DNA of 64,000 bases from Octopus vulgaris (Eukaryota), in the NCBI GenBank assembly GCA_951406725.2, contig OX597816.1:77004001-77068000 (forward strand). Reading direction: 5' to 3'. The notes under the pieces were generated by a model that saw only the letters and a list, made by a program, of their open reading frames with translations, was not told where the DNA came from and did not search any database. The position numbers and the translations under genes were made by a program. Shown here one piece after another: positions 26,460 through 38,115 of this stretch (position 1 is the stretch's first letter; each line of letters begins with the position of its first letter).

Positions 26460-29400
26460 TGTGTGGCTGCGCGGAAAGCAAATCGTTGAATCAGGATTTT
26501 CTGTCCTTTGAACTCTATTCAAATATGCAAGGCTTGTAGGTCTTGTCGTGATCTATATGCACTGCAACTGTCTGATCATGTTTGTATGCAGTGAAGGGAT
26601 ACGTAGAGGCTACATTAAAGACTTTAAGATTTAAGGGGTTTTGACCAAGGTTGTTCAGTGGGACTGTTAGGGATGAGATCAATTGGAGCTCAACCTGTTG
26701 CATCTCTGGAAGTCTATCCCACTTCCATGTATGCGTTATCGCTCGGGTTTTTGTCTAACGGACATTCTTGTTTTTGCTGATTGTCATAATAACTCTTATC
26801 CAAGTAAAACGAGTTACGAATTCATTTTTTTTTCGCTGGAATCTAGTGGGTTATATTTTATTAGTCTAGGACTCAAGGCTCAAATTACAATTACAGTTAC
26901 AGTTACAACAGAGGCGACGAGGTTAAGAGATAAAATGGTTATTTCTTTTGAGCAAATGGAAACGATTCTCGAACGTCAGCGGAAACAATTTGAGGCGGTA
27001 CAGTTTAACCTTATAGAATTACTAACTCAAAAGTTACCTGTCAACTCAAACAGTGACAAATTTCAAGCAGCTTCAAATTCCATTACCGGTTTATTTTTGA
27101 CTCTGTTGCTGATATTACCTTTGATTTATGGTTTGCGAAGATCCTTTCTGTGTTGACTCTTCGAATCCTGACGATTAGGCAAAAGTCATATTACTGTTAA
27201 CCAGATACAATTGTAAGGCGGCGAGCTAGCAGAAACGTTAGCGCGCCGGGCGAAATGCTTAGCTACGTTCTGAGTTCAAATTCCTTCCGGGGTCGATAAA
27301 TTAAGTACCAGTTGCGCACTGGGTCGATATTATCGACTTAGTCCGTTTGTCTGTCCTTGTTTGTCCTCACTGTGTTTGGCCCCTTGTGGGTAGTAAAGAA
27401 ATAGGTATTTCGTCTGTCTTTACATTCTGAGTTCAAATTCCGCCGAGGTCGACTTTGCTTTTCATCCTTTCGGGGTCGATCTAATCGACTGACGCCCCGC
27501 TCCTCAAAACTTTCAGGCCTTGTACCTAGAGTAAAAAAGAATATTAAATACAATTGTTTTAGAATTGTCAAGTCCGAGACAGAAGGATTTTGTCAGCTAG
27601 AAAGGTAGAGCAAATCTAAAATGTGAACGTTTCGATTTGAATTTTTCAGCTCATAATCAGTTTAAATGTTTAATCGTCGTTATTGATCTACAATCACTGT
27701 CGGATGCAGACATTCGCACTAAACCGTTATTACAATTAGAACTGTGACCAGAAATGACAGTGCTGTAAGCCAGTGAAGAGTGCCAAAAGTTAATAAGCTT
27801 GAAGCACGACTCGAAGATGACTAAAACGAGTGACAAGGTAACGAGTTAAGAGTCAATTGATTAAGTGATAACTAATCCTAAAGTATTACTTATTGACAGA
27901 AAAAGAAATCCTGGTCTTCTTCAGTTATGCTGATTTTGCAGTGCCAGACCTATGGAAAGTTTTGCCCCTACAAGCAACACAAGAGTCAATTATACCACGA
28001 GTTTGGTCATGAGGAAGGGTTTTGTTTGCCTAATTATTTAAGGGAGGTAAGCAAAATGTCTAATCATTCATGGAAAGTAAGAAGAAAGTCTCTTTTTAGG
28101 TTTTTGGCTCGTTACAAACCAAGAAGTCAAGTTAATGCTATTTATGCCACTTTTAAAGTGGGTTTTCAAAACGACCGCAAGTATTTGTTTCAATAAATGA
28201 TACTCCTGTTGACTGACAGTTAAACTCAGCATCTGATATCAGATTGATTTATTCCACAACTTGAATGCAACTTGGTTGCTCGAAAATAGTTTGAGACAAA
28301 ACGCGTTGCTGAGAATGCATCAAGTGATAATTTAAAACTATTGGTATGGTTAAGTGTAAAGTACAGTTTGATTCAAATCTTTTTAATGGGACTTGACATT
28401 TGACGACAAATCTACATGGTTTAAATTTACTTGATTTAGATTGGATTACAGAACTGGGCTTATGTAATAAACCTTCGAACTTTATTTGCTTACATTCAAA
28501 TACTTCGAGTGATTCTATCAATAGTTCATTCCAAGTTGCATCATCTAACTGTTTTACCCATTTACTGAAGAAAAAATATTCACTCGTTTTCAAAGATTAG
28601 TTGGGGGTGTTAGCAAGTTTTTGCTAAAGCCTGATTCACAGCCAGTATTTAGGCCTCGTAGATCAGCTTCATATGAGGTCGGATCCAGTTAACTATTCGA
28701 TAGTGGTGGTTAGGAAAGCATTGCACAGACTTTTCGATTTGATTAAATAAAGGCTTAGAAGACCATTTCTACCCTCTAGTCTATTATTAGCAAGCCTAAT
28801 GGCGGTCGTTACTTCGCAAAAATCGATTTGGCTGATGCTTACTTACAAATTGAAGATAGTGATAATTCAAAACAAGTGCTGAAAATTAATACTCACAGAG
28901 CTCTTTTCCAATATCAACAATTGTCATTCGGAATGAAAACGGCTCCAGCTATGTTTTTTAAAGTAATGGATACAATGCAGACATTTCTGGCGTTGCAGCT
29001 TATCTGGACGATATTTTTGTGTCTAGTTCAATGAATGAAGAATTATTTTATTGGACACCCGTTTCCATAAAAAGAATTAATTTGGTTTTAAAGTAAAAGA
29101 GGACAAACGCAATTTTTTAGGATATCAATAAGATATATTGGTTTTATTATAAACAAAGACGGTCATAAACCAGAGCCAGTAAAACGTAGAAACAATTCTG
29201 AAAATGCCAGTTCCATTAGATGTTAACAAGTGGATGTCGTTTCTTGGACTCCTTAGCTATTGCAGTATGTTTCTGCCTTCCATGTATCGTTTGCGCAAAC
29301 CTTTAAACTTCAGAAAGTTACAAAGTGGGACTGGACGCCAGCATACACCAAAGCATTTGAAGAAGCGAAAGGATTATTGCAATTTGATTTATTACTAACC

Positions 29401-29715
29401 CAGAAACTGCAGTCAAGTTGAAAAGGAAACATTAGCTCTAGTGTTTGGAGCTAAAAGATTTCACAAAATGTTGCATGGAAAACCTTTTGTTTTATTTAAC
29501 GACTATAAACACCTTACGTCTCTTTTTGGCTCGAAGTAGGGCATTTCAGTGTTCACAGCAAATTGTTACTGGAGTATACCTTTCAACTCAAAACTAAGTC
29601 AACGAGTGAATCAGGTAAAACTGATGCAATCAGGTAAAACTGATGAGTCTCCTGGTGAACCAAAAGTTAGATAACGTAGATACTTTATCGCTTCCATTTG
29701 TATGGAAAATGATGG
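26460..29715 (+). mobile_element. Degenerate Gypsy (Mag-like) LTR retrotransposon: LTR end, PBS, gag, protease, RT, RNase H; integrase missing
   Basis: ..ttacaaca|gaggcgacgagg PBS-like site at about 26910; gag start MVISFEQMETIL; RT IDLADAYLQI..INTHRALFQY..SFGMKTAPA..AYLDDIFV; RNase H EKETLALVFG.KRFH..L.G..F.L..D.K.L. The 5' LTR boundary is uncertain. Confidence 0.85.
27215..27547 (+). mobile_element. Composite SINE family A inserted into Gypsy gag, with a 10-bp TSD
   Basis: TSD atacaattgt at 27205-27214 and 27548-27557. Confidence 0.85.
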
Positions 29716-30428
29716 ACAATTTTTTTTTTTTTTGGTTGTCAGTTCTTTTCCATAGGTTTTAATTAGTGAGGACAGAGTTTTCATTATTTTTTAGGGGTGT
29801 AGTTTGTGATTTTTTTGTAATGTTGACTGTCATTAAGCATGGAGATTACTAGATTTCTATAGTATAATGTATCCATTATTACAACTGCACTTCCTTTATA
29901 TGCTTCCTTAATCGTTATATCTTCATTATTTGAAGTTCTGTTAGTTCCTTTCATTGTGTAGTGCTAAAGTTTGAGCTAACTGTCTGTTTATGCATGGTGT
30001 ATTAGGGAAAGTTCTCAATGTGGTTGCAGAATTCATCAAGATTTTTATTTCTTCCTTTGTGGGGGATGTGTTCACTTTTGTTTTTGACTAGTGAGTCATC
30101 CTCAGTATTGTAATTGGTTAATGCTTCTGTGAGTCTTAAGTTTCTACAGAATTCCATTATACTGTCCTTCACTTCATTTTGGTTGTCTCCGCGTGGAGTT
30201 GGGATGAATTTTAACCCTTTTGAGAGGATGTCTATTTTTATGCTTGAAAAGGTTCAGTTGAGAGGTTAATTACCTTCGGTTTTTCCTGATCTCCAGGTTC
30301 CAACCTGTGTCCTGATGTCTCTGGTCTAGGGCTAAAAATGTTGGTTGCAATTTTGTTTGCATGAGATATCGGTGAGATTGTATGGGATTGGTCCGGGGGA
30401 GTAGTGGTATTATTGCCTCAGGTTGTTA
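29715..30428 (-). mobile_element. Second copy of the Neptune-type PLE (upstream-ORF end and RT N-terminus)
   Basis: Reverse complement aligns by eye to 38700-39480 and encodes KVINLST..ILSKGLKFIPTP. Confidence 0.85.
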
Positions 30429-30429
30429 T

Positions 30430-31810
30430 GATACTCTTTAGTGACCATACTGAGAAATGCTGATGTGTGAAGTCAGAGAGATAAGCCTATAGTTTTTGGC
30501 ATCGGCTCTACTTCCTCCTTTATGGATTGGGCATATTATTCCCTCCTTCAGTTTGCAAGAAAGCTCTGGAAGAGAATCTGTACTGGTTTCGCCAAGACAC
30601 GCTTACACGATTTGAGGAGGATTGCTGGCAAACCATTAGAACCAGCAGTTGAGTTTGCGTCCACTTCATCTATGGCTAGTAGTATATCTTCTTCGCTAAT
30701 GTCGATGTATTCCATCGTAACTGCCTCGCTGGTTATAGGTGAGGCGACAAGAAATCCAATAGTTCGTTCACTTGTCTGTGTTCCAACGGGGCGGTAAAGA
30801 CGCTTTTGAACTGGCCATTCAGTACCTCACTGATCCTAGTTGAACTATCAGTGAGGGAGCCTTCCTTCTCGAAGAGGGGTCCTATTTTGCAGCGTACTTA
30901 GGCTGCTTCTTCGGCATAATGAAAAGCCCTTTGGGTTTGACTTAATGTTCTTTTTATAACCCAGGCTTCTTTGTCTACTCTCTCCCTCACATAGGATTGT
31001 TGCAGGCTTTCTTCAATCTCCATCAATGTTGTTTTTAGGCGGGACCTTTCACAACTTTTGGAGTGTTGGTTGAAGTGACTTGCAACCTTCGTCCGTCGTC
31101 TCATGAGGATCTTCCTCTCCCTTGGAATTTTGTTCCTTTTTGTGTTGGCTTTGTGCTCTGGGACACATTTATACATATGGTTTGCACAACAGACATGAAA
31201 TATTCTAGTTTCATGCCAATGTCTGGAGTGGAGAGACATTTCGTCCAGTCCTGTCTAAAGATCTCTTTTTGGAGCGATTTCCAATCTGCTTTGTGGATGT
31301 TCAGATTGGAGAGATTTTGAGTGCTTTCTTTAGGCTGTATGCCTCTGGCTACATTTGGTCCATACATAGACATGTCTATTATGTTGTGATCCCAAGCTAA
31401 TGTCGGCGTCACTTTTGCATAATGAACGATATCCGTATTGTTTGTGAAACAGAGATCCAAAACGTTATTCACCCTAGTTGGTCTGAGCACAACCTACTCC
31501 ATGAATAGGGCATTGGTGAGGTTGAGCGACAACTCAACCTGTGTTTGTCTGCAATGAGTCATTCCTGTCAGCATAAGGCATTCGGGCCACTTGACATTGG
31601 AGAAGTTGAAATCACCCATAAGAAATACGGTCATATAGTGTTCCAGTTTCATGAGAAAATCTTTAATTCTTGTGAAGCAATATTTAAACTTACCTATGTA
31701 GTTTGGAGCATCCGATGGGCGATATGTATTACATATTACTATATTGTGATGTCTTATGTATACAATTAGAGTGTCATATACTGAATTTGAGTATGACAGT
31801 AAAACCCGTG
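30430..31810 (-). mobile_element. CR1/L2-group LINE remnant (APE endonuclease plus linker)
   Basis: MGDFNFSNVKWP, PTRVNNVLDLCFTNN and DHN APE motifs. Shares sequence with 16500-16690. Confidence 0.8.
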
Positions 31811-31834
31811 GTGTGAGGTATATATATAGGGGTG

Positions 31835-31875
<41 letters not shown>

Positions 31876-31880
31876 ATATA

Positions 31881-31951
<71 letters not shown>

Positions 31952-32122
31952 ATATATGTATATATATATTTGAGTAGTTTAATGAATTATCTTATTATGG
32001 ATAATTCGAATTAACCGATACCTGGGTAGCAAATTCACATCAGAAAAAACACGGTTGAAGTTACGTGCCTATGGCATAGATTACGTGCTTTCGTGTGGAA
32101 ATGTGTATGTTTATTTTAAAAA

Positions 32123-33134
32123 TATAAATATATGAAAGAATGGAGTTGAACGACGAATTAACAAAATTCCTTTATTTTCGACATATGTTTCGAAGGCTGC
32201 ATATTCCTAATTGCGAAGGAATGGGGAGTACATTATGCCGCTTTCTCATCAGGAAAAGCAAGAAACTTATGTCAACATCAAAATGCACAAAAAACTTTTA
32301 GATGATTGCTCACACGGAGCCCATAGCGATAATGAGTGTCTCCTTAAAATATTCCTTTATAAGGAGTGACGTCAAAATGGTTGGATGTAGAAGATTCTAG
32401 AAGGTTCTAAAGGTTCAAAGGTTCAAACGAAGTTGGAGGAGAGAGGCATAAGAATAGGAAGGTGAAAGGGTGCAGGTCGTATGAATGGTGAGTTTTGTTA
32501 TTTTCTTTTGTGAATGAGTGCCTGTGTGTGTGACTGTATATAACTGCATTAATGTGTGTGCGTGTGTGTGTGTGTGTGTGTGTCTGTGTGTGTGTGTGTG
32601 TGCGTGCGTGATTGTGTATGTGGATGGGTAGATGTCAGAAAACAGACAGTGGTGAGGTGACAGGTTTGTGTCTGTGTGTTTGATGGTGCTTACTATAGAT
32701 AGAAGGAAAGAGAGAGAGAAAGAGAGGGAAAGAGGAGGGCGAGGTAGAGGGACAAAGGCAACACATACCTCACTGGGTTGGGTAGTAGTTCCTTGAAAGT
32801 ATTTAAAAAAAAATTTTGACTATGGGGTGAAATATATAAAAAAGGAGTTATATTAATTAAAATTCAAGGGGTTATCTATATTAATCATTATTCATATAAG
32901 TGAAAGGTGTGTTTTTGCCAGTGCATGCACCTGTAGGACCTCTCGACGATTGTATTTATTAAAGGGACTTTGGCGAACAAAATATGAAAAAGTTCGGTAT
33001 TACAGACGCCACAAAGTTTTCTGCCCTTATCAAGCGGAAAGGACATGGAATATTCCAGCTTGAAAGTTGTATTGCTGTCCTTCAGACGCCAAACTAATTT
33101 ACTTAGTCCCGTGCTGTGTTGTTTTCTCTTATCT
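32123..33134 (-). mobile_element. Naiad-type PLE 3' end (GIY-YIG C-terminus, UTR, hammerhead)
   Basis: RDKRKQHSTGLSKLVWRLKDSN..RKLCGVCNTELFHI..CMH, followed by a UTR containing a hammerhead. Confidence 0.85.
32175..32257 (-). ncRNA. Type I hammerhead ribozyme with long stem II, intact core
   Basis: Minus strand: ttttc-CTGATGA-gaaagcggcata..tatgcagccttc-GAAA-catatg-TC-gaaaa. Palindromic stem III, GUC triplet. Confidence 0.85.
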
Positions 33135-33912
33135 CGGAATAAGAGATAAGAGAAAACAACACAGCACGGGACTAAGTAAATTAGTTTGGCGTCTGAAGGA
33201 CAGCAATACAACTTTCAAGCTGGAATATTTCCATATTGTCGGTGTCCTTTCCGTTTGATAAGGGCAGAAAACTTTGTGGCGTCTGTAATTCCGAACTTTT
33301 TCATATTTTGTTCGCCAAAGTCCCTTTAATAAATACAATCGTCGAGAGGTCCTACAGGTGCATGCACTGGCAAAAACACACCTTTCACTCATATGAATAA
33401 TGATTAATATAGATAACCCCTTGAATTTTAATTAATATAACTCCTTTTTTATATATTTCACCCCATAGTCAAAAAAAAAATTTTTTTTTTTTAATACTTT
33501 CAAGGAACTACTACCCAACCCAGTGAGGTATGTGTTGCCTTTGTCCCTCTACCTCGCTCTCCTCTTTCCCTCTCTTTCCCTCTATCTATAGTAAGCACCA
33601 TCAAACACACAGACACAAACATGTCACCTCACCACTGTCTGTTTTCTGACATCTACCCATCCATATACACAATCACGCACACACATACACACACGCACAT
33701 TAATGCAGTTATATACAGTCACACACACAGGCACTCATTCACAAACGAAAATAACAAAACTCACCATTCATACGACCTGCACCCTTTCACCTTCCTATTC
33801 TTATGCCTCTCTCCTCCAACTTCGTTTGAACCTTTGAACCTTTAGAACCTTCTAGAATCTTCTACATCCAACCATTTTGGCGTCACTCCTTATAAAGGAA
33901 TATTTTTAAGAG
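32340..33912. repeat. ~1.6 kb palindrome (inverted duplication of the PLE 3' region)
   Basis: Arms about 32340-33134 and 33142-33912 around a 7-nt spacer ggaataa. The ORF track shows mirrored translations. Confidence 0.95.
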
Positions 33913-33982
33913 ATGGCATGTCAGACCTTGACTACTGGGGTAGAGTAGAGAAACTGAAACTGTATTCACTCCAACGACGGAG
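33912..33982 (+). mobile_element. Short CR1-group LINE C-terminal fragment
   Basis: DGMSDLDYWGRVEKLKLYSLQRR resembles the L.Y..RL..L.LYSL.RRR motif. Confidence 0.55.
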
Positions 33983-34552
33983 TAAAAATTCCGGCATCAC
34001 AGGGGTTCGAATTTTTCTCAATGAGGAAATATGTATGTTATTTAGAGATAGTAGTCCCCTCCATCACACCATATAAAAGAGTTTTAATTTAATTTAATAC
34101 TTACTACTCATATTTCAGCTACACGTGTTTCTTGAGGTTCTTTTACGGTTCCTTAAGTACTCAATGTTTTACAGGAACCGTTCTTAAAATGTAACCCCAA
34201 TCATCGGGCCTCTAAATAACTTTATCATAGTTCGGTACCAAACACTATATTTTAATTTTAACATATATGTATGTGTATGTGTAAATAGATTTGCCGGACC
34301 TTACTGTGCGAGCCATAATTTAATTCAAATAAAATTAATAAAAATAAGAACTAAAAAAAATAAAACTAAAAACTAAAAAATACAAATAAAAAATAAATAT
34401 TTACAAAAACTAAATTCTCACGTGACATGTCTGTAAACATTCATATATGATTAATAATATGTAAGGCTAAAAATAAAATATATATTTGTGATGATATAAT
34501 AATGAAAGCAATGACAAATAAATATATTCGAATAAAAATGAAAGTAATGTCT

Positions 34553-34766
34553 AATAAATATATTCGAATAAAAACTATGGTACAAATGACAAAATGCAAA
34601 AAGAAAATTTACAAATGATACGAATGATAAAAATTAATAATTTACAAAGTAAAAATAGCTTAAGGGTAACTTTGTAAATTTGTAATTTTTATCTTTCGAA
34701 TCATTTGTAAGTTTTCTTTTTGGATTTTGTCATTCGTACCATAGTTTTTATTTGAATATATTTATT
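34553..34766. repeat. AT-rich imperfect inverted repeat; its right arm is duplicated at 35237-35345
   Basis: aataaaaactatggtacaaatgacaaaat.. versus ..attttgtcattcgtaccatagtttttatt. Confidence 0.85.
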
Positions 34767-34861
34767 GCAGGTAAAATATACATATATTTATATATATATA
34801 TATATATACATATATACACACACACATATATATACAGATACACACGTATATATATATATAC

Positions 34862-35240
34862 ATATAAATATATGAAAGAATGGAGTTGAACGACGAATTA
34901 ACAAAATTCCTTTATTTTCGACATATGTTTCGAAGGCTGCATATTCCTAATTGCGAAGGAATGGGGAGTACATTATGCCGCTTTCTCATCAGGAAAAGCA
35001 AGGAACTTATGTCAACATCAAAATGCACAAAAAACGTTTAGATGATTGCTCACACGGAGCACATAGCGATAATGAGTGTCTCCTTAAAATATTCCTTTAT
35101 AAGGAGTGACGTCAAAATGGTTGGACGTAGAAGATTCTAGAAGGTTCTAAAGGTTCAAAGGTTCAAACGAAGTTGGAGGAGAGAGAGGCATAAAAATAGG
35201 AAGGTGAAAGGGTGCAGGTCATATGAATGGTGAGTTTTGT
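34862..35240 (-). mobile_element. Second copy of the Naiad terminal repeat, with hammerhead at 34915-34997
   Basis: Near-identical to 32123-32500 at an offset of 2740 nt. Confidence 0.9.
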
Positions 35241-35357
35241 AATTTTTATCATTCGTATCATTTGCAAATTTTCCTTTTGGATTTTGTCATTCGTACCATA
35301 GTTTTTATTTGAATATATTTATTGCAGGTAAAATATACATATATATACATTACATTT

Positions 35358-35823
35358 GAGCACTTCTTTTTTGCAGTCCTATAAACCATTTTGTTTCCAT
35401 AAAAAGAGACAAAAATTATTTCTTGTCATATATATACATACATACATACATGCATACATACATACATACATACATACATACATACATACATACATACATA
35501 CATACATACATACATACGTACATACATCCATACATACATACATATATTTACATATAGAGGTACTCATTTTTTGCATGTGTGTACACGTATATAATGATAA
35601 TATTACTTGCTATCCTAAAATATATATGTTGCTTATCTTATTTGAATGTATGTATGTATGTATGTATGTATGTATGTATGTATGTATGTATGTATGTATG
35701 TATGTATGTATGTATGTATGTATGTATGTATGTATGTATGTATGTATATATATGACAAGAAATAATTTTTGTCTCTTTTTATGGAAACAAAATGGTTTAT
35801 AGGACTGCAAAAAAGAAGTGCTC
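35358..35823. repeat. Foldback: ~75-bp unique arms extended by (TACA)n/(TGTA)n
   Basis: gagcacttcttttttgcagtcctataaacc..cttgtcatatata and its reverse complement at about 35748-35823. Confidence 0.93.
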
Positions 35824-36314
35824 CAATGCAATGGAGACAGGAATAAAGAAACATTGGTCATGGAAAAACATCAAATTCGAGTCAACGACTTTATATATAA
35901 CACCATACCTCCAAGCATTTGATCATATATAAATATCACCATGGTTCTTGAACATATAATGTATATATATACAAAAAAACACAGAAAGTAAAAAATATAT
36001 ATGCGAATAAAAATACAGATATATACAACTGTCTATCAGAAAGATATGCACAATCGACTTGAAATTCTAAAGTGTGTCATGCTACTAAAAATCTAAATAC
36101 AATAAAATAAAATATCAATCGACTAAAAAAAATTTTCTTTCTCCCCTCAAACAAAAGAGTACGCCAAAAAAGTTCAATTCATAAAAATCATGATATGTTA
36201 GAGTCCAGGAGCGAAATGGCTGGTCCGCCACCTGACCATGTCACGGAAATTCGAGAGAAACGCAATGTATTATTTGATTGCAAACAATATAAGCCCTCTG
36301 TTAGATACGTATAT

Positions 36315-36642
36315 TTTAAAAGACTCCGCCGGTTACGACGACGAGGGTCCCAGCTGATACGATCAACGGAACAGCTTGCTCGTGAAATTAACGTGCAAAT
36401 GGCTGAGCATTCCACAGACACGTGTACCCTTAACGTAGTTCTCGGGGATAATCAGCGTGACACAGAGAGTGACAAGGCTGACCCTTTGAAATACAAGTAC
36501 AACTCATTTTTGCCAGCTGAGTGGACTGGAGCAACGTGAAATAAAGTGTCTTGCTCAAGGACACAACGCGTCGCCGGGAATCAAACTCACAACCTTACGA
36601 TCATGAGCCGAATGCCCTAACCACTAAGCCACGCGCCCTCAC
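36315..36642 (-). mobile_element. Full-length tRNA-derived SINE family D (CORE-like) with a 13-bp TSD
   Basis: Minus head gcgcgtggcttagtggttaggg..gagtttgattccc and tgtgtccttgagcaagacactt; TSD tagatacgtatat at 36302 and 36643. Confidence 0.85.
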
Positions 36643-36744
36643 TAGATACGTATATAAAGATGTTAGGAATAGATATTGGAAGTGAAATAGTGTTAGTGAG
36701 GAGATGAGTAAAACCAGGAGCTCACGTTCTTGAATACAGGAAGT

Positions 36745-37625
36745 CATATGGATTGCCCCACCTCCTCCCACACCTCACTTTTTTCTCTTAGAATCTGAAG
36801 TTGTTTTTTAGGATTCTGAAGAACTTCCCAAAGAATCATAAATACTACTGCATCTGTAATAAATCCTCCATCAAATTTTCTTACTCGGTAATGCAAACTT
36901 TGGCCTCCATTATTGCATATATTAATAGAAGCAAATTAAATGGGCAAGTGCACTGGAAGTATTCTTCTGTTGGAAACCCTGGTAATGGGCAAGTAAGCGT
37001 TAATACGCCTAAGGTTAGCGCTACAAACCATTTGCTCCCACCGGTTTTATCGACCACCCGTAATGATATATGTGAAGAAAAGAACGCGGGAAGCCAGATA
37101 AGTAATGTTAGTATTAGTAATAGGGATAGGGTGGCTCTGCTAAATACGGTAATTGTAGAAACCCTGGATTATGTCCCATTGATGGATTCTGTCTGACTAC
37201 TAATGTTACGTATAAATGCGTTGTTAAAGAGGATGGTAATTTGGATAGGTTTTATACAGACAGTACTGTAAATTTTAAGGCTAGATACAGGGCCCACATG
37301 AATTAGTTTTCGAACGAAAAATATTGTAACTCCGCTACACTTGCCTCTTATATGCATGGCTTAAAGAGGAATAATAAAAGTTATTCTCTTGAATGGTCTG
37401 TTATATCGAGGGACCCTTATTTCAGAGTTAATATTAACAAGCGTAAGTTGTGTGTAAGGGAATCTCTTGCCATCCTTAAATCCTTTGGGCCTAAAACGTT
37501 AAAAAATTTCACAGAGGTGGTCCCTTTTTGCAGCCATAAGTTTTCTTCTATTTTTCTGAAAGTGTATAGAAGTAAAATTAGATGTGGTAAAAAATATTTA
37601 GTTTTACGGGGTTTTCAAACCGAAT
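36745..37625 (+). mobile_element. Naiad-type PLE fragment (thumb/linker plus GIY-YIG), degenerate
   Basis: KNFPKNHKYY.I.N...IKFSYS.M; NCRNPGLCPIDGFCLTTNVTYKC..FKARYRAH; LEWSVI..KLCVRE..CSH. Confidence 0.8.
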
Positions 37626-38115
37626 AGTTAAAATTCCATTAACAACAGCTACCGGCGTGTTTAGCTTTGAAATAATTAGATTTTTTTTTTAGGTTTGTTA
37701 GAAAATTTGGACTAGCAACTAATCGTTGCTTTTTTCCCAGCGTAGGAGAGAATTTCTTTCTTCCTTTTCACAGATTTCTTTCCAATGATTTATGGTATTT
37801 TCGAGGGGTTGTCCCTCGGTTCGTTTCTGTATTTCACTATGCATCTCCTCGTCGATGTTTTTATATTTTTCCTCATTAGTGGGGGCCCTAAGTTTTAGTA
37901 ATTCTATTTCTGATTTAAAATTGAATAGAGCTGACCTTTCCCTAATAGTTCTCTGTCCGTCAGGTTCGTTGGGTATTATTTTGATCTGGAATTTGCGTGG
38001 GAGGATAATTGGTGTTGAGTTCATCCATCTCTCGTATATATCTGCTTTGTTGGAATTTTTTATCATGTTCCAGAAGGCGAGTTTTCTATTGTGCAGGTTT
38101 GTATTCCAAATGTTT

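Noticed and set aside
29610-29665. ctgatgag motif and short tandem duplication aatcaggtaaaactgatg
   Set aside because: It lies in decayed Gypsy pol sequence with no stem II or GAAA; a local duplication.
36745-37625. Selenocysteine (UGA) recoding, reported for some Naiad elements
   Set aside because: In the Naiad fragments I translated (3440, 33150, 37140, 55430), the conserved Cys positions are TGT/TGC or ordinary substitutions. I saw no in-frame TGA at a Cys site and no convincing SECIS.
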